DNA from: a virus
Taxonomy: Duplodnaviria > Caudoviricetes
DNA length: 31,243 bases
IMG/VR virus record: IMGVR_UViG_3300037851_000533
Span: 1 to 31,243 of that record
Reading direction: 5' to 3' (one strand)
Shown: positions 1 to 8,207 of the stretch, in pieces
Layout: every line of letters begins with the position of its first letter
Position numbering within the stretch: position 1 is the first letter of the stretch
Notes under the pieces: generated by a model
Told to the model about the DNA's origin: nothing
Database searches by the model: none
The model's input: only the letters and a program-made list of their open reading frames with translations
Translations under genes and position numbers: made by a program

Positions 1-1485
1 TATGTGCCGCAAGGCCAGACAACGCTACAGGCCATGCGCAGGACGCAGGCACAAGAGCTTATCGACAATATCCGCAGCGGTATCGACTGGCACAACAACA
101 TGATACGGCTGGTCGGTCACATGGTCGCCAAAGGCCGCACCGACGCCGAAATAATGGGGCTGGCCGAGCATCTGACGCTGGCAGGCTATACGGTCAACCA
201 GACAGCGCAGGAGATGCACATAGCCATGCTTGGCGCACGGCGCAAGTGGGCCATGGCGGAGCCGGTTGACGACATAGGCACAATCGAAGAGCAAAATGCG
301 CAACAGGAACTGGGGGTTGTCGATGCCTTTGATTTTGAGGAATCCGCCATACCACCGCGCCCGTGGCTTGTTCCCGGCGCGCTGCTATCGGGCTATACGC
401 ACATATTGGCGGCACCCGGCGGTAGCGGCAAAAGCCTTTTCACGCTGCAATTCGCAATAGTTCTCGCCACAGGCCAGCAATGGGGAAAGTTTATCCCACG
501 GCGAAAAGCCCGGTCGCTTATTATCAATGTCGAAGATGACTTTGACGAGCAACGCAGGCGGCTGGCAGCAGCGGCAAGAGTAATGAATGTCGATCCTCAC
601 GACTTGCGCGGCATGATCTATCTTGTAGATGCCAGTCACGGCGTCATGGTAGCAGGAAAAGACCCGCACAAGGGCGCATTGGTCATGATGCCAGTCGCCA
701 ATAAATTACGCACATTCGTGCAGGAAAACAAAATTGACGTGCTTTGGGCCGATCCGTTCACCGAAACATTCGACGGTGACGAAAACGACAACAGTCAAGT
801 CAAATGGGCCATGCAGATATGGCGCGATGAAATTGCACGTCCAACAAAGGCGGCTGTTTATCTGGTGCACCATACAACGAAATATGCGTCAAATGGCGCT
901 GGTGACGTCAATGTGATTCGCGGTGCGTCGGCCATCGTTAATTCCGCGCGGATTGCAGCGACGCTTATGCCTATGACAAGCGAAGAGGCAGCAAAAATAG
1001 GTGTCGATGACGACGAGCGGCACTGGTTTATCCGTTATGATGATGCCAAGGCCAACCAAAGCCTCAAATCCGGCGCGGCGCAATGGTTCAAGAAACAAAG
1101 TATCACGCTGGATAATGGCCGTGGCTTCGATCCGCCAGATGAGGTTGGTGCGCTTGTGCCATGGTCACCGCCCGATCCCTTTGACGGGATAATGGCGGCG
1201 GAAATAAATACATTCCTGCAAAAGATTGATGACGGGATAATCGACAAGGACGGCGTTGTCACCGGCGTTCGCTATACATCCTCAACAAAAGGCGGAACAA
1301 AGGAAACTGGCCGTTGGGCTGGCTGTCTTGCGGTCGAGCATTTTGACGTGTCGGAAGCCACGGCGCGCAAACTGATAGCCACATGGCTCCGAAACGGGTC
1401 GCTGGTTGAAAAGGATTATCAATGCCCCGAACGGCGCAGGGCGCGCTCCGGCCTGTTTGCGCCGCTTGACAAGCGCGTCGGATAA
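1..1485 (+). CDS. RecA-like/AAA_25 (RepA-type) replicative helicase, probably the C-terminal part of a primase-helicase; 5' end truncated by the window
   Basis: Walker A APGGSGKS, Walker B VLWADP, LVHHTTK and RGASAIVNSAR motifs; frame is open from base 1. Confidence 0.85.
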   Translation, partial: YVPQGQTTLQAMRRTQAQELIDNIRSGIDWHNNMIRLVGHMVAKGRTDAEIMGLAEHLTLAGYTVNQTAQEMHIAMLGARRKWAMAEPVDDIGTIEEQNAQQELGVVDAFDFEESAIPPRPWLVPGALLSGYTHILAAPGGSGKSLFTLQFAIVLATGQQWGKFIPRRKARSLIINVEDDFDEQRRRLAAAARVMNVDPHDLRGMIYLVDASHGVMVAGKDPHKGALVMMPVANKLRTFVQENKIDVLWADPFTETFDGDENDNSQVKWAMQIWRDEIARPTKAAVYLVHHTTKYASNGAGDVNVIRGASAIVNSARIAATLMPMTSEEAAKIGVDDDERHWFIRYDDAKANQSLKSGAAQWFKKQSITLDNGRGFDPPDEVGALVPWSPPDPFDGIMAAEINTFLQKIDDGIIDKDGVVTGVRYTSSTKGGTKETGRWAGCLAVEHFDVSEATARKLIATWLRNGSLVEKDYQCPERRRARSGLFAPLDKRVG

Positions 1486-1521
1486 AAAAAGGCCGGAAGC
1501 GACTAGGGAACGCTTCCGGCC
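1484..1521 (-). terminator. Intrinsic terminator for - strand (tnpA-tnpB/omega RNA) transcription
   Basis: 11-bp perfect stem GGCCGGAAGCG (1491-1501) / CGCTTCCGGCC (1511-1521); A7 at 1484-1490 is a U-tract on the - strand. Confidence 0.75.
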
Positions 1522-1653
1522 AAAGTAGGCAAGGTCGAACTGCCAGCTTCCGCTCTAAAAAACCGATGACAAGGCTTGATTATCCATTCAAACAAACATA
1601 TCAGTTTTGACAGGAGTTATACATAGGATTTGTCAAAATGCCAGATATGTTTG

Positions 1654-1860
1654 AAAAATCAGAAAAAACTATCGCTAATCCGCTCCGAAAAACCGTATGA
1701 AATCGCTCCGCGCATCAGGCGGCCTTTCTCATGACAGTTGTTTCTTCCTGCTTCACAGAGGCACGTTTCACACGGGGCTTGCGCACCGTGCCAGAGCGTA
1801 TCTCTCCACAGGCTGACACCGCAGAGCTTGCGGCATGTCGGGCGAGGTTCATGGCCGCGT
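1654..1860 (-). ncRNA. Putative TnpB omega/reRNA: scaffold overlapping the tnpB 3' end up to the IS right end (1680), with flank-derived guide starting ATTAGCGATAGTTTTTTCTG
   Basis: Position inferred from established TnpB biology; scaffold ends ...TTTTTCGGAGCGG; 5' boundary approximate. Confidence 0.6.
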
Positions 1861-2902
1861 TCACATCGCGGTCGGCCTCAAATCCACAATCATCGCAGCG
1901 GAACAACCTTTCCGCCAAGGCCAGCGTCGGCTTAACGACGCCGCAGCAAGAACAGGTCTTGCTCGAAGGATACCAGCGATCCGCGACAACAAGCCGCGAA
2001 CCATACCAATTCGTCTTGTATTCCAACTGACGGCGAAACTCATGAAAGCCGCCGTCCATGATTGAACGTGCCAGCTTGCCGTTGGCGGCCATACCGCGCA
2101 CGTTCAAATCCTCGATGCAGACGGTGCCATATGTCCTGGCCAGTCGTGTTGTCAGCTTGTGCGTTGCATCCTTGCGGATATTGGCGATGCGGGCATGGAT
2201 CTTTTGCAAGCGCAACTTTGCCTTGCGCCAGTTGGCGCTTCCCTTGCGTCGCCTTGCCAATGTCTTGTTCGCACGGCGCAACCGTTTCAGCGCCGCCTTG
2301 TGCGCCTTCGGCCCTTCAATAGTCTCACCGTTTGAAAGCGTAGCAAGCGCCTTGATGCCCAGATCCACGCCGATGCTTTCACCATTGTTGGCGACCGGCT
2401 GGATGTCGTCGGTCTCGATCATGATGGAAACGAACCAGCGCCCGGCTTTACAGGACACCGTGGCGCGCTTCATCGGGCCGCTAAAGCGGACGGCCTCGCG
2501 CATCCTGATCCAGCCAACAACGGGCAACTTGATGCGCTTGCCATCGGCGCGGAATGTGCCAGCCTCGTTGGCTGCGCAGAAGCTGGCCTTGTCGTCCTTG
2601 CGCTTGAAGCGCGGGTATTTGCTCCGCTTGGCGAAGAAGCTGCCGAAGGCCGCGCCAAGGTCAATGATGGCCTCTTGGACCACGACCTTGGACACATCAT
2701 ACATCCAAGGAAACTGTTCACGCTTGATGGCGTTCAGGGCGCGGCGCAGCGAGACATCGGACGGCTTGCCGCCCTCCTTGTGTTGCCGCTGCCATTCGGC
2801 CAGCGCCCAGTTATAGGCAAAGCGGGCCGTGCCAGCAGCGCGGGCCAGGTAGAGCCGCTGGGCCGCGTTTGGCGCGAGCGCGATCTTATGGGCGACTAGC
2901 AT
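1715..2902 (-). CDS. tnpB: RNA-guided endonuclease TnpB (IS607-associated)
   Basis: N-terminal HTH (AGTARFAYNWAL), RuvC triad GVDLG / CIEDL / DRDVNAA intact, zinc finger CSCCG...CDDCG. Confidence 0.95.
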   Translation of the reverse strand: MLVAHKIALAPNAAQRLYLARAAGTARFAYNWALAEWQRQHKEGGKPSDVSLRRALNAIKREQFPWMYDVSKVVVQEAIIDLGAAFGSFFAKRSKYPRFKRKDDKASFCAANEAGTFRADGKRIKLPVVGWIRMREAVRFSGPMKRATVSCKAGRWFVSIMIETDDIQPVANNGESIGVDLGIKALATLSNGETIEGPKAHKAALKRLRRANKTLARRRKGSANWRKAKLRLQKIHARIANIRKDATHKLTTRLARTYGTVCIEDLNVRGMAANGKLARSIMDGGFHEFRRQLEYKTNWYGSRLVVADRWYPSSKTCSCCGVVKPTLALAERLFRCDDCGFEADRDVNAAMNLARHAASSAVSACGEIRSGTVRKPRVKRASVKQEETTVMRKAA

Positions 2903-3608
2903 TGTTGTCTCCCGCCGTTATCTTCTTAATCGCGCTGTCTTGCAGAACGCTCATTGCTTCCATCAATGAAGAAACGAGCGGGTCATCATGCTCGCCAGCC
3001 GCCTTTTCGACCTTCGCGCCGTCCATTATAGCTTCAATCATTCGCTTGTTCTTGTTCGACCGCGAGCCGTAAAGGCGAGCGCTGAAAACAGTGATTATTT
3101 CAATCACGTCTCGCGCCAATTCTTCCTCAAAGGTCGGTTGTTCGCCCTTGTTGATGATGACGATTTCAATGCTCTGCAATTCGCAAAGCGCAAATATCAG
3201 TTCTGAACCAAACCGAAGCAGTCTGTCCTTGTGTGTCAGCACAAGGCGCTTGACCTTCTTGCGGAGTATCATTTCCAGAAGGCGGTTCAGGCCCTTTTTG
3301 CGATAATTTAGGCCGCTTCCCAAGTCGCTGATGATTTCGAAGCGCCAACCTTTCGCAGCGCAAAATGCCTCCAGCAATTCGCTTTGCCTGACGAGGTCGG
3401 CCTTCTGGTCGTGACTGGAGACGCGTGCATAACCGATTGTCGGCGCGTCCTCGTTCCCAAGGCCAAGCAATTTCGCAAGGTCATAATAGCGCGTGCCGCC
3501 GGCGCTTTTGCGGTCAGGTATCAGTTCGCCAGACGCTTCCCACGCGTGGAGCGTTTGCACACTCACGCCAAGAGCTTCTGCCGCTTTCCCTATCTTAACC
3601 AAAGTCAT
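2886..3608 (-). CDS. tnpA: IS607 transposase TnpA (MerR-like HTH + serine recombinase)
   Basis: KAAEALGVSVQTLHAWE HTH, catalytic YARVSS, DLGSGLN, HKDRLLRFG, FSARLYGSRS. Confidence 0.95.
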   Translation of the reverse strand: MTLVKIGKAAEALGVSVQTLHAWEASGELIPDRKSAGGTRYYDLAKLLGLGNEDAPTIGYARVSSHDQKADLVRQSELLEAFCAAKGWRFEIISDLGSGLNYRKKGLNRLLEMILRKKVKRLVLTHKDRLLRFGSELIFALCELQSIEIVIINKGEQPTFEEELARDVIEIITVFSARLYGSRSNKNKRMIEAIMDGAKVEKAAGEHDDPLVSSLMEAMSVLQDSAIKKITAGDNNASRP

Positions 3609-3636
3609 AATATGAGATATTACGCGATACTATGGG
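3607..3636 (-). repeat. Three imperfect 10-bp direct repeats in the IS607 left end (probable TnpA binding sites)
   Basis: - strand CCCATAGTAT / CGCGTAATAT / CTCATATTAT in tandem, overlapping the promoter. Confidence 0.55.
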
Positions 3637-3645
3637 AAAAGTCAA
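3617..3645 (-). promoter_or_regulatory. Sigma70-like promoter of tnpA (probably leaderless mRNA)
   Basis: TTGACT-17 nt-TAATAT on the - strand; ATG 8 nt after the -10 box, with no room for an RBS. Confidence 0.6.
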
Positions 3646-4195
3646 GCCAGTTTTTAACCCGTGGAAGATAGACTTTGTGTTGTTCCATCCCCATTTTTTG
3701 CCTCATGGCCTTTGCATTGAATGCAAAACACAATCAACCGCAGGCAGTGTTGATGAAAAATATATTTTTGTCGAAAAATCATTGCTCAACGTGGCGCAAA
3801 TAAACGGATGTTCCACGCTTTTCTATCTCGAAGGTGGTGCGGCACGGCTTTGTGTTCTCGACTATCTCTATGCCGCAGCGACCGCAGACAATATGTTCCA
3901 GTTTGCAACAAGTGCGAATGAGTTTCGTGATGTCTTGCGCGGTAAAAGCATCCAGAAAAGACGTCTCCCTAGCGCTGCGCAGCAAATCAACTTGTTTGGA
4001 TAAAACCGGACAGACCACCGCTTCAAGACCGACAAATCACGCTTCGAGCCGGTGGCTGGCTTTTTGCTTTTCCGCAATCTGGTTAAAAATCGGCGCTTGT
4101 TGCCGGTGAAAAACGATCAACAATCCAGCCGATAATCTGTCTTACAACCGATGAAAAAATACTCTTGCGCGTAATCTGCCAAATCACAAAATCCA

Positions 4196-4412
4196 TTTGG
4201 CGCAACTTTTGTGCTAAGTCATTGTTTTTCTTTGCGCAATATCGAAATCGCTATTTGGCGCATTTGGCGCAAAAACATGTAAGGATTCGTCAAAATTGAT
4301 GTGCGCCAAATAAACCTGCCCCTAGATATATATAATTCTGCGCAACGCGGGGGAAGATGGCACGCTTTTGGAGCGGGCCACTTCCCCCGCGTTGCGCAGA
4401 TTTATATATATC
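4196..4412. repeat. Putative replication origin: TTTGGCGCA repeats, IHF-like site and 88-bp hairpin
   Basis: TTTGGCGCA at 4196, 4254 and 4263, inverted at 4302; TAAGTCATTGTTT at 4215 (one mismatch to the IHF consensus); inverted repeat 4325-4361 / 4377-4412. Confidence 0.55.
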
Positions 4413-4475
4413 ATGGGACAGGGTGGCAGCCCGATTCAATGCGACATTCGGCACATTTCGATTAACCAAAATGAT

Positions 4476-4745
4476 ATGTCGTTTTTAACCAAATCGGAAA
4501 AGGCAGTTTCCGCTTGTTTTTGTCGGTTTTCAGATGCAGAAACAAGCAAGGCCGAACGGTGCGCAAACACCATCCGGCCTCTAGCTATTCACAATGCCCA
4601 CGCAGTCAGACTGTTTGAAGAACATATCCTGCCGCACATGATCGAACAACATGGCAAAACATTGCGCGGCAAAAATCTTGGTTGCTGGTGCAAAATAGGC
4701 TCGCCATGTCACGCAGATTCCCTTTTGAAAGCACTAAACCCATGA
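4476..4745 (+). CDS. DUF4326-like protein (C-terminal motif only; may be a remnant)
   Basis: LRGKNLGCWCK...PCHADSL matches the DUF4326 C-terminal signature; the N-terminal GRPSxWGNPF motif is absent; start uncertain. Confidence 0.55.
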   Translation: MSFLTKSEKAVSACFCRFSDAETSKAERCANTIRPLAIHNAHAVRLFEEHILPHMIEQHGKTLRGKNLGCWCKIGSPCHADSLLKALNP

Positions 4746-5296
4746 CCCCTCAAGCCCCGCCACCGCTTCTGCACGAAGTTGCCGAAAAGTGCACAATCAT
4801 AATCAAAGCTGTCGATCAAAAAGCCCGCGAAATCGAACGCAAATGGGGCATCGGCAGATTGCAGAATCTTGTGCCAGCCGAATGGTCAGAACGCTTCTTA
4901 TCCCAACAACGCAAATTCAGCCTTGCCGCCTTCGAGATGAATCTTGATGATCTGCGCATCCACGCAGCAGGCATGGAACGTGCTTTCGACAAGCTGGAAG
5001 AAATAGCCATAAGTCACGGCCATATTCCCAATCATAGCCAGCAATGGGAATTTCAACTGTCCAACGGCTCTCTCGTCATCCTTGTGCGAGACAGGGCCGA
5101 AATGGCCCAAGTCGATACACAAGGCAGACAGGCGCAAATCTGGGCAATCGATGAAATAATCGAAATTATAGACAAATTCCCGACATTATCCGCAGCCAAG
5201 GATAGCTTTCCCGGCGCTGAAGTCCAAAGCATCAGGCCAAGCCCCGACGCTATCAAAACTGCAAAACAAATTCTCGAAGACGAAATCCCGTTTTGA
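4742..5296 (+). CDS. Hypothetical phage protein
   Basis: ATGA overlap with the upstream stop; protein-like composition; ends EDEIPF. Confidence 0.7.
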   Translation: MTPQAPPPLLHEVAEKCTIIIKAVDQKAREIERKWGIGRLQNLVPAEWSERFLSQQRKFSLAAFEMNLDDLRIHAAGMERAFDKLEEIAISHGHIPNHSQQWEFQLSNGSLVILVRDRAEMAQVDTQGRQAQIWAIDEIIEIIDKFPTLSAAKDSFPGAEVQSIRPSPDAIKTAKQILEDEIPF

Positions 5297-5302
5297 TTTG
5301 CC

Positions 5303-5596
5303 ATGCAATCATTCTATTCTAGCCAAGCGTGGCGCAATCTAAGGGCTAAGGTCAAAGCCAAGTGGCGCGCGACCGGCAAGCCTTGCGCTTATTGCGGCCT
5401 GCCTATCGACTGGCGCAATCAAAAGACAATCGCGGATCATGTGAAGCCAGTAAGAGCAGCGCCGCATTTGAAACTGGATGAATCTAATATCGTGGTAATG
5501 CACCATAGCTGCCATACGCGAAAAACTATCTGCAATGATTATGCACAGGGCGTTGTTATCAACATTGATGGATATGCCGATGATGACTGGCGCTGA
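5303..5596 (+). CDS. HNH endonuclease, packaging-associated (HK97 gp74-like)
   Basis: FYSSQAWRNLR, CAYCG, DHVKP, N...HHSCHTRKT; lies directly before the cos-like region and terS. Confidence 0.9.
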   Translation: MQSFYSSQAWRNLRAKVKAKWRATGKPCAYCGLPIDWRNQKTIADHVKPVRAAPHLKLDESNIVVMHHSCHTRKTICNDYAQGVVINIDGYADDDWR

Positions 5597-5639
5597 TCGT
5601 CGACGCTGATCGTCGACGCTGATCGTCGACGCTGTTCGT
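5591..5639 (+). repeat. 13-bp tandem repeat, three copies plus a partial copy
   Basis: CGCTGATCGTCGA at 5591, 5604 and 5617, then CGCTGTTCGT. Confidence 0.95.
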
Positions 5640-5800
5640 GGGGTGCTTGCCCCGGCCCCCGCTTCGCCCCCGCTCCGCCCCAAGGGGGGGGCAGGTAATA
5701 ACGCAGCCAGATCAGGTGCGCAGCGCCAGAACCCACAAATTTCAACGAACTCTGAAAAAATAGGGCCGATTCGGACCTAATTACGGGTATTATGATACCT
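5640..5800. other. Probable cos/packaging-initiation region
   Basis: Non-coding gap between HNH and terS with C-runs followed by a G9 run; this is the usual position of cos in HNH-terS-terL phages; cut site not determinable. Confidence 0.5.
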
Positions 5801-5862
5801 TTTTGACCGAAATTTGCATTTCGTTGCGTTTTGCGTATATTCGGCTGGAAAGGGGTTTATTC

Positions 5863-6324
5863 ATGCCAAGACGCGCACAAAGGGCCGGAAATAACAGTGT
5901 TACGCATATCGCGGCGGTTTTTCAGAGTTCTGGCCGCATTCCGGCCATTCCAGCCGGGTTCCCGCAGGATGATCCGCTATTTAACGAGCTTTGGATAGGG
6001 TTTACACGCGCTCGGACTTATGACGATTGGCTTGTCAGTGATCTTCTCATTCTTGCGCATGTCGTTGCGAATGAAATTGAAATCAGAAAATTGACCAAAG
6101 AGCGCAATGAGCGTGGCTATATTATATTAAACCAGCGCGGCACCGAAGTTGAGAATCCGCTGACGCGAACGATTGACGTTTTGACGCGGCAGCAAATGGC
6201 GCGGATAAGGTCGTTATCGCTTACTGCCGGAGGAAATGCGGTTGCGCAGACAAGGGCTGCGGCAAAAGCCGATGTTTCGGCTCAAACGATCAAAGATGAG
6301 GCGGGCGATTTGCTGGCGAATTGA
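5863..6324 (+). CDS. terS: Terminase small subunit (P27-like)
   Basis: ERGYIILNQRGTEVENPL motif; overlaps the terL start; ATG 5863 follows AGGGG. Confidence 0.8.
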   Translation: MPRRAQRAGNNSVTHIAAVFQSSGRIPAIPAGFPQDDPLFNELWIGFTRARTYDDWLVSDLLILAHVVANEIEIRKLTKERNERGYIILNQRGTEVENPLTRTIDVLTRQQMARIRSLSLTAGGNAVAQTRAAAKADVSAQTIKDEAGDLLAN

Positions 6325-7946
6325 TCGTGCTGCTCGAAAAACTGCCGGAAAATGTCTTGGCCGCAATCAAGTCCGGGCCGATACCCGAATTGCGCGACTG
6401 GCGAACGATACCTATAAAGGATTTGACGAGGGCAGAGCGCAACATGCGTTTTGCCGAAACATATCTAAAAGTGCCGGAAGGCGATCTTGTCGGCCAGCCT
6501 ATTCGCCTCTTGCCTTTTCAGGAGGCATTTTTTTACGCTGTTTTCGATAATCCATATGGCACAAGGCGGGCTATTTTGAGCATGGCGCGCAAAGGCAGTA
6601 AGACTGTCACATGCGCCATGATATTACTGGCATATATTTGCGGCCCTGAAGCAATTAATAATTCGATGTGCTGCTCGGGAGCGTTAAGCCGGGACCAGGC
6701 CGCGCTTGTTTTTCAGCATATGAGCAAGTTTATTAACTTGTCGCCTGAATTATCCAAGCTGACGCGAATTATCCCATCGAAGAAAATGATTATCGGCCTT
6801 GCCCGCAATGTGGAATATCAGGCTTTGGCACGCGATGGTGGCAGGGCGATGGGGCGCTCCGACATTGTGATATTGGGCGATGAATGGGGACAGATAAAAG
6901 GCGCGAGCGATCCTTTTGTCGAGGCGTTGACAAGCAGCCAGGGCGCTTATGGTGACAAGGCACTGCAAATTATCATTTCAACGCAGGCTCCAAGCGATGC
7001 TGATATGCTGTCGCAATGGATTGATGACGCGGAGCGATCTGACGACAACAAGATTGTTTGTCATGTATATCGTGCCGACGAAGGGTGCGATCTTTTGGAT
7101 CGGGAGCAATGGAAAAAGGCTAATCCTGCACTTGGTATATTTCGCAGTGAAAAGGATTTGGAGGAGCAACTGGCACAGGCGGCAAGATTGCCGTCAATGG
7201 AAGCCAGTGTCCGCAATCTTTTATTAAATCAGCGTATCAGTCTGGAAAAGCTATGGCTTGCGCCGGGACCGTGGAAGCAATGCAATGGCTTGCCCGATGA
7301 TGACGTATTCAGGCGATGCACCGTTTCAATGGGGCTTGATTTGTCGGCGCGGGTTGACTTGACAGCGGCTGTATTGGCGGCGCAGGATGAGAGCGGGGTT
7401 GTCCATTTGAAGCCCTATGTCTTTACGCCGCTCGAAGGCTTGCGGGATAGGGCGCAGCGTGATCGTGCACCTTATGAAGAATGGGTAAGGGCGGGTTTTC
7501 TTATAGGTGTTCCCGGCGCGTCGGTTGATTATGACTATGTAGCGCAATGGTTACGCAACGAACTTGACGATCAGCAGATACAGCCCGCTTCGGTATGCTT
7601 TGACCGTTGGCGCATTAATATATTCCAGAAGGCTTGTGCAGATGTTGGGGCATTTCCGTTTGCGGAGTGGGTGGCAATTGGACAGGGCTTCAGGGATATA
7701 AGCCCGCGCATGGAATCTTTCGAGGCAAAACTTCTGGCGGGCGCAATACGTCATGGCAGCCATCCGCTTTTGAATATGGCGGCTTCCAATGCGATTGCGG
7801 TTGGCGATCCAGCCGGTAATCGCAAAGTCGATAAATCCAAGTCAACGCAGCGCATTGACCCGATTGTGGCGGCAATTATGGCATTGCATCAGGTTTCGGA
7901 AGGTTCAAGTGAGGTTGAATTTGATGTTGCGGCTTGGATTGGTTGA
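6321..7946 (+). CDS. terL: Terminase large subunit
   Basis: LLPFQ motif, Walker A-like ARKGSKT, Walker B ILGDE, IISTQA, GLDLS, FDRW, KSKSTQRIDPIVA. Confidence 0.95.
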   Translation: MIVLLEKLPENVLAAIKSGPIPELRDWRTIPIKDLTRAERNMRFAETYLKVPEGDLVGQPIRLLPFQEAFFYAVFDNPYGTRRAILSMARKGSKTVTCAMILLAYICGPEAINNSMCCSGALSRDQAALVFQHMSKFINLSPELSKLTRIIPSKKMIIGLARNVEYQALARDGGRAMGRSDIVILGDEWGQIKGASDPFVEALTSSQGAYGDKALQIIISTQAPSDADMLSQWIDDAERSDDNKIVCHVYRADEGCDLLDREQWKKANPALGIFRSEKDLEEQLAQAARLPSMEASVRNLLLNQRISLEKLWLAPGPWKQCNGLPDDDVFRRCTVSMGLDLSARVDLTAAVLAAQDESGVVHLKPYVFTPLEGLRDRAQRDRAPYEEWVRAGFLIGVPGASVDYDYVAQWLRNELDDQQIQPASVCFDRWRINIFQKACADVGAFPFAEWVAIGQGFRDISPRMESFEAKLLAGAIRHGSHPLLNMAASNAIAVGDPAGNRKVDKSKSTQRIDPIVAAIMALHQVSEGSSEVEFDVAAWIG

Positions 7947-7970
7947 TAGCCTTTACGCAAGAATACACCA

Positions 7971-7999
7971 TTGACATCCCGCGCACAAAAAATTATGTC
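7971..7999 (+). promoter_or_regulatory. Putative sigma70 promoter of the accessory cassette
   Basis: TTGACA-17 nt-TATGTC. Confidence 0.5.
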
Positions 8000-8029
8000 C
8001 GGTGCAAATCAAACATTGAAAGGGTTGTT

Positions 8030-8173
8030 GTGGAAAACAAACGTGAACGGATCGTCAATTTTCGTATGACGAACAAGGAATATGAGGTCTTGCGCGCCTT
8101 GTCGGAAAAGGAAATGCGCACGGTCTCGCAGACTGTCCGCTATTTCGTCATCAAGGCGATTGAGCAATCGTAA
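8030..8173 (+). CDS. Small ribbon-helix-helix (CopG/Arc-like) DNA-binding protein
   Basis: RIVNFRMTNKEYEVLRALSEKEMRTVSQTVRYFV fits the beta-alpha-alpha pattern; GTG start after GAAAGGG. Confidence 0.7.
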   Translation: MENKRERIVNFRMTNKEYEVLRALSEKEMRTVSQTVRYFVIKAIEQS

Positions 8174-8207
8174 ATCCTGTGGTAATTTTTGACCGAAAGG
8201 AGCACCC

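Larger units (their letters stand above)
1680..3661 (-). mobile_element. IS607-family insertion sequence (about 1.98 kb)
   Basis: Serine-recombinase tnpA overlapping tnpB; no terminal inverted repeats; CCG (CGG on - strand) at both junctions (1680-1682, 3659-3661), matching the GG crossover core of IS607; tnpB is visibly more GC-rich than the flanks. Confidence 0.9.
1638..4003 (+). pseudogene. PD-(D/E)XK nuclease gene interrupted by IS607 (5' piece 1638-1682, 3' piece 3662-4003)
   Basis: Removing the IS at the shared CCG core gives in-frame MPDMFEKSEKTIANP-WKIDFVLFHPH...CIECKTQSTAGSVDEKY; the D...ECK motif is typical of restriction-like nucleases. Confidence 0.7.

Noticed and set aside
2065-2082. 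Partial match of the second putative spacer (GAACTGCCAGCTTCCG) inside tnpB
   Set aside because: Needs two gaps over 18 nt; not convincing as a self-target.
2058-2816. 252-aa + strand ORF (and 1731..2030) opposite tnpB
   Set aside because: Shadow ORFs of a GC-rich gene; no motifs, no RBS, no coupling to neighbours.
4080-4099. GGTTAAAAATCGGCGCTTG resembling an inverted IS left end, and TTAACC (CtrA half-site-like) copies at 4462 and 4485
   Set aside because: Short AT-rich matches; no TTAA-N7-TTAA spacing; expected by chance.
4325-4412. Protelomerase telRL site
   Set aside because: The hairpin has a loop and mismatches rather than a perfect central palindrome, and no protelomerase gene is in the window.
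5591-5639. Possible CRISPR array
   Set aside because: Repeats are 13 bp, directly adjacent, with no spacers and no cas genes.
6582-6606. TerL Walker A reads RKGSKT instead of RKNGKT
   Set aside because: The catalytic Arg, Lys and Thr are retained; probably ordinary variation.
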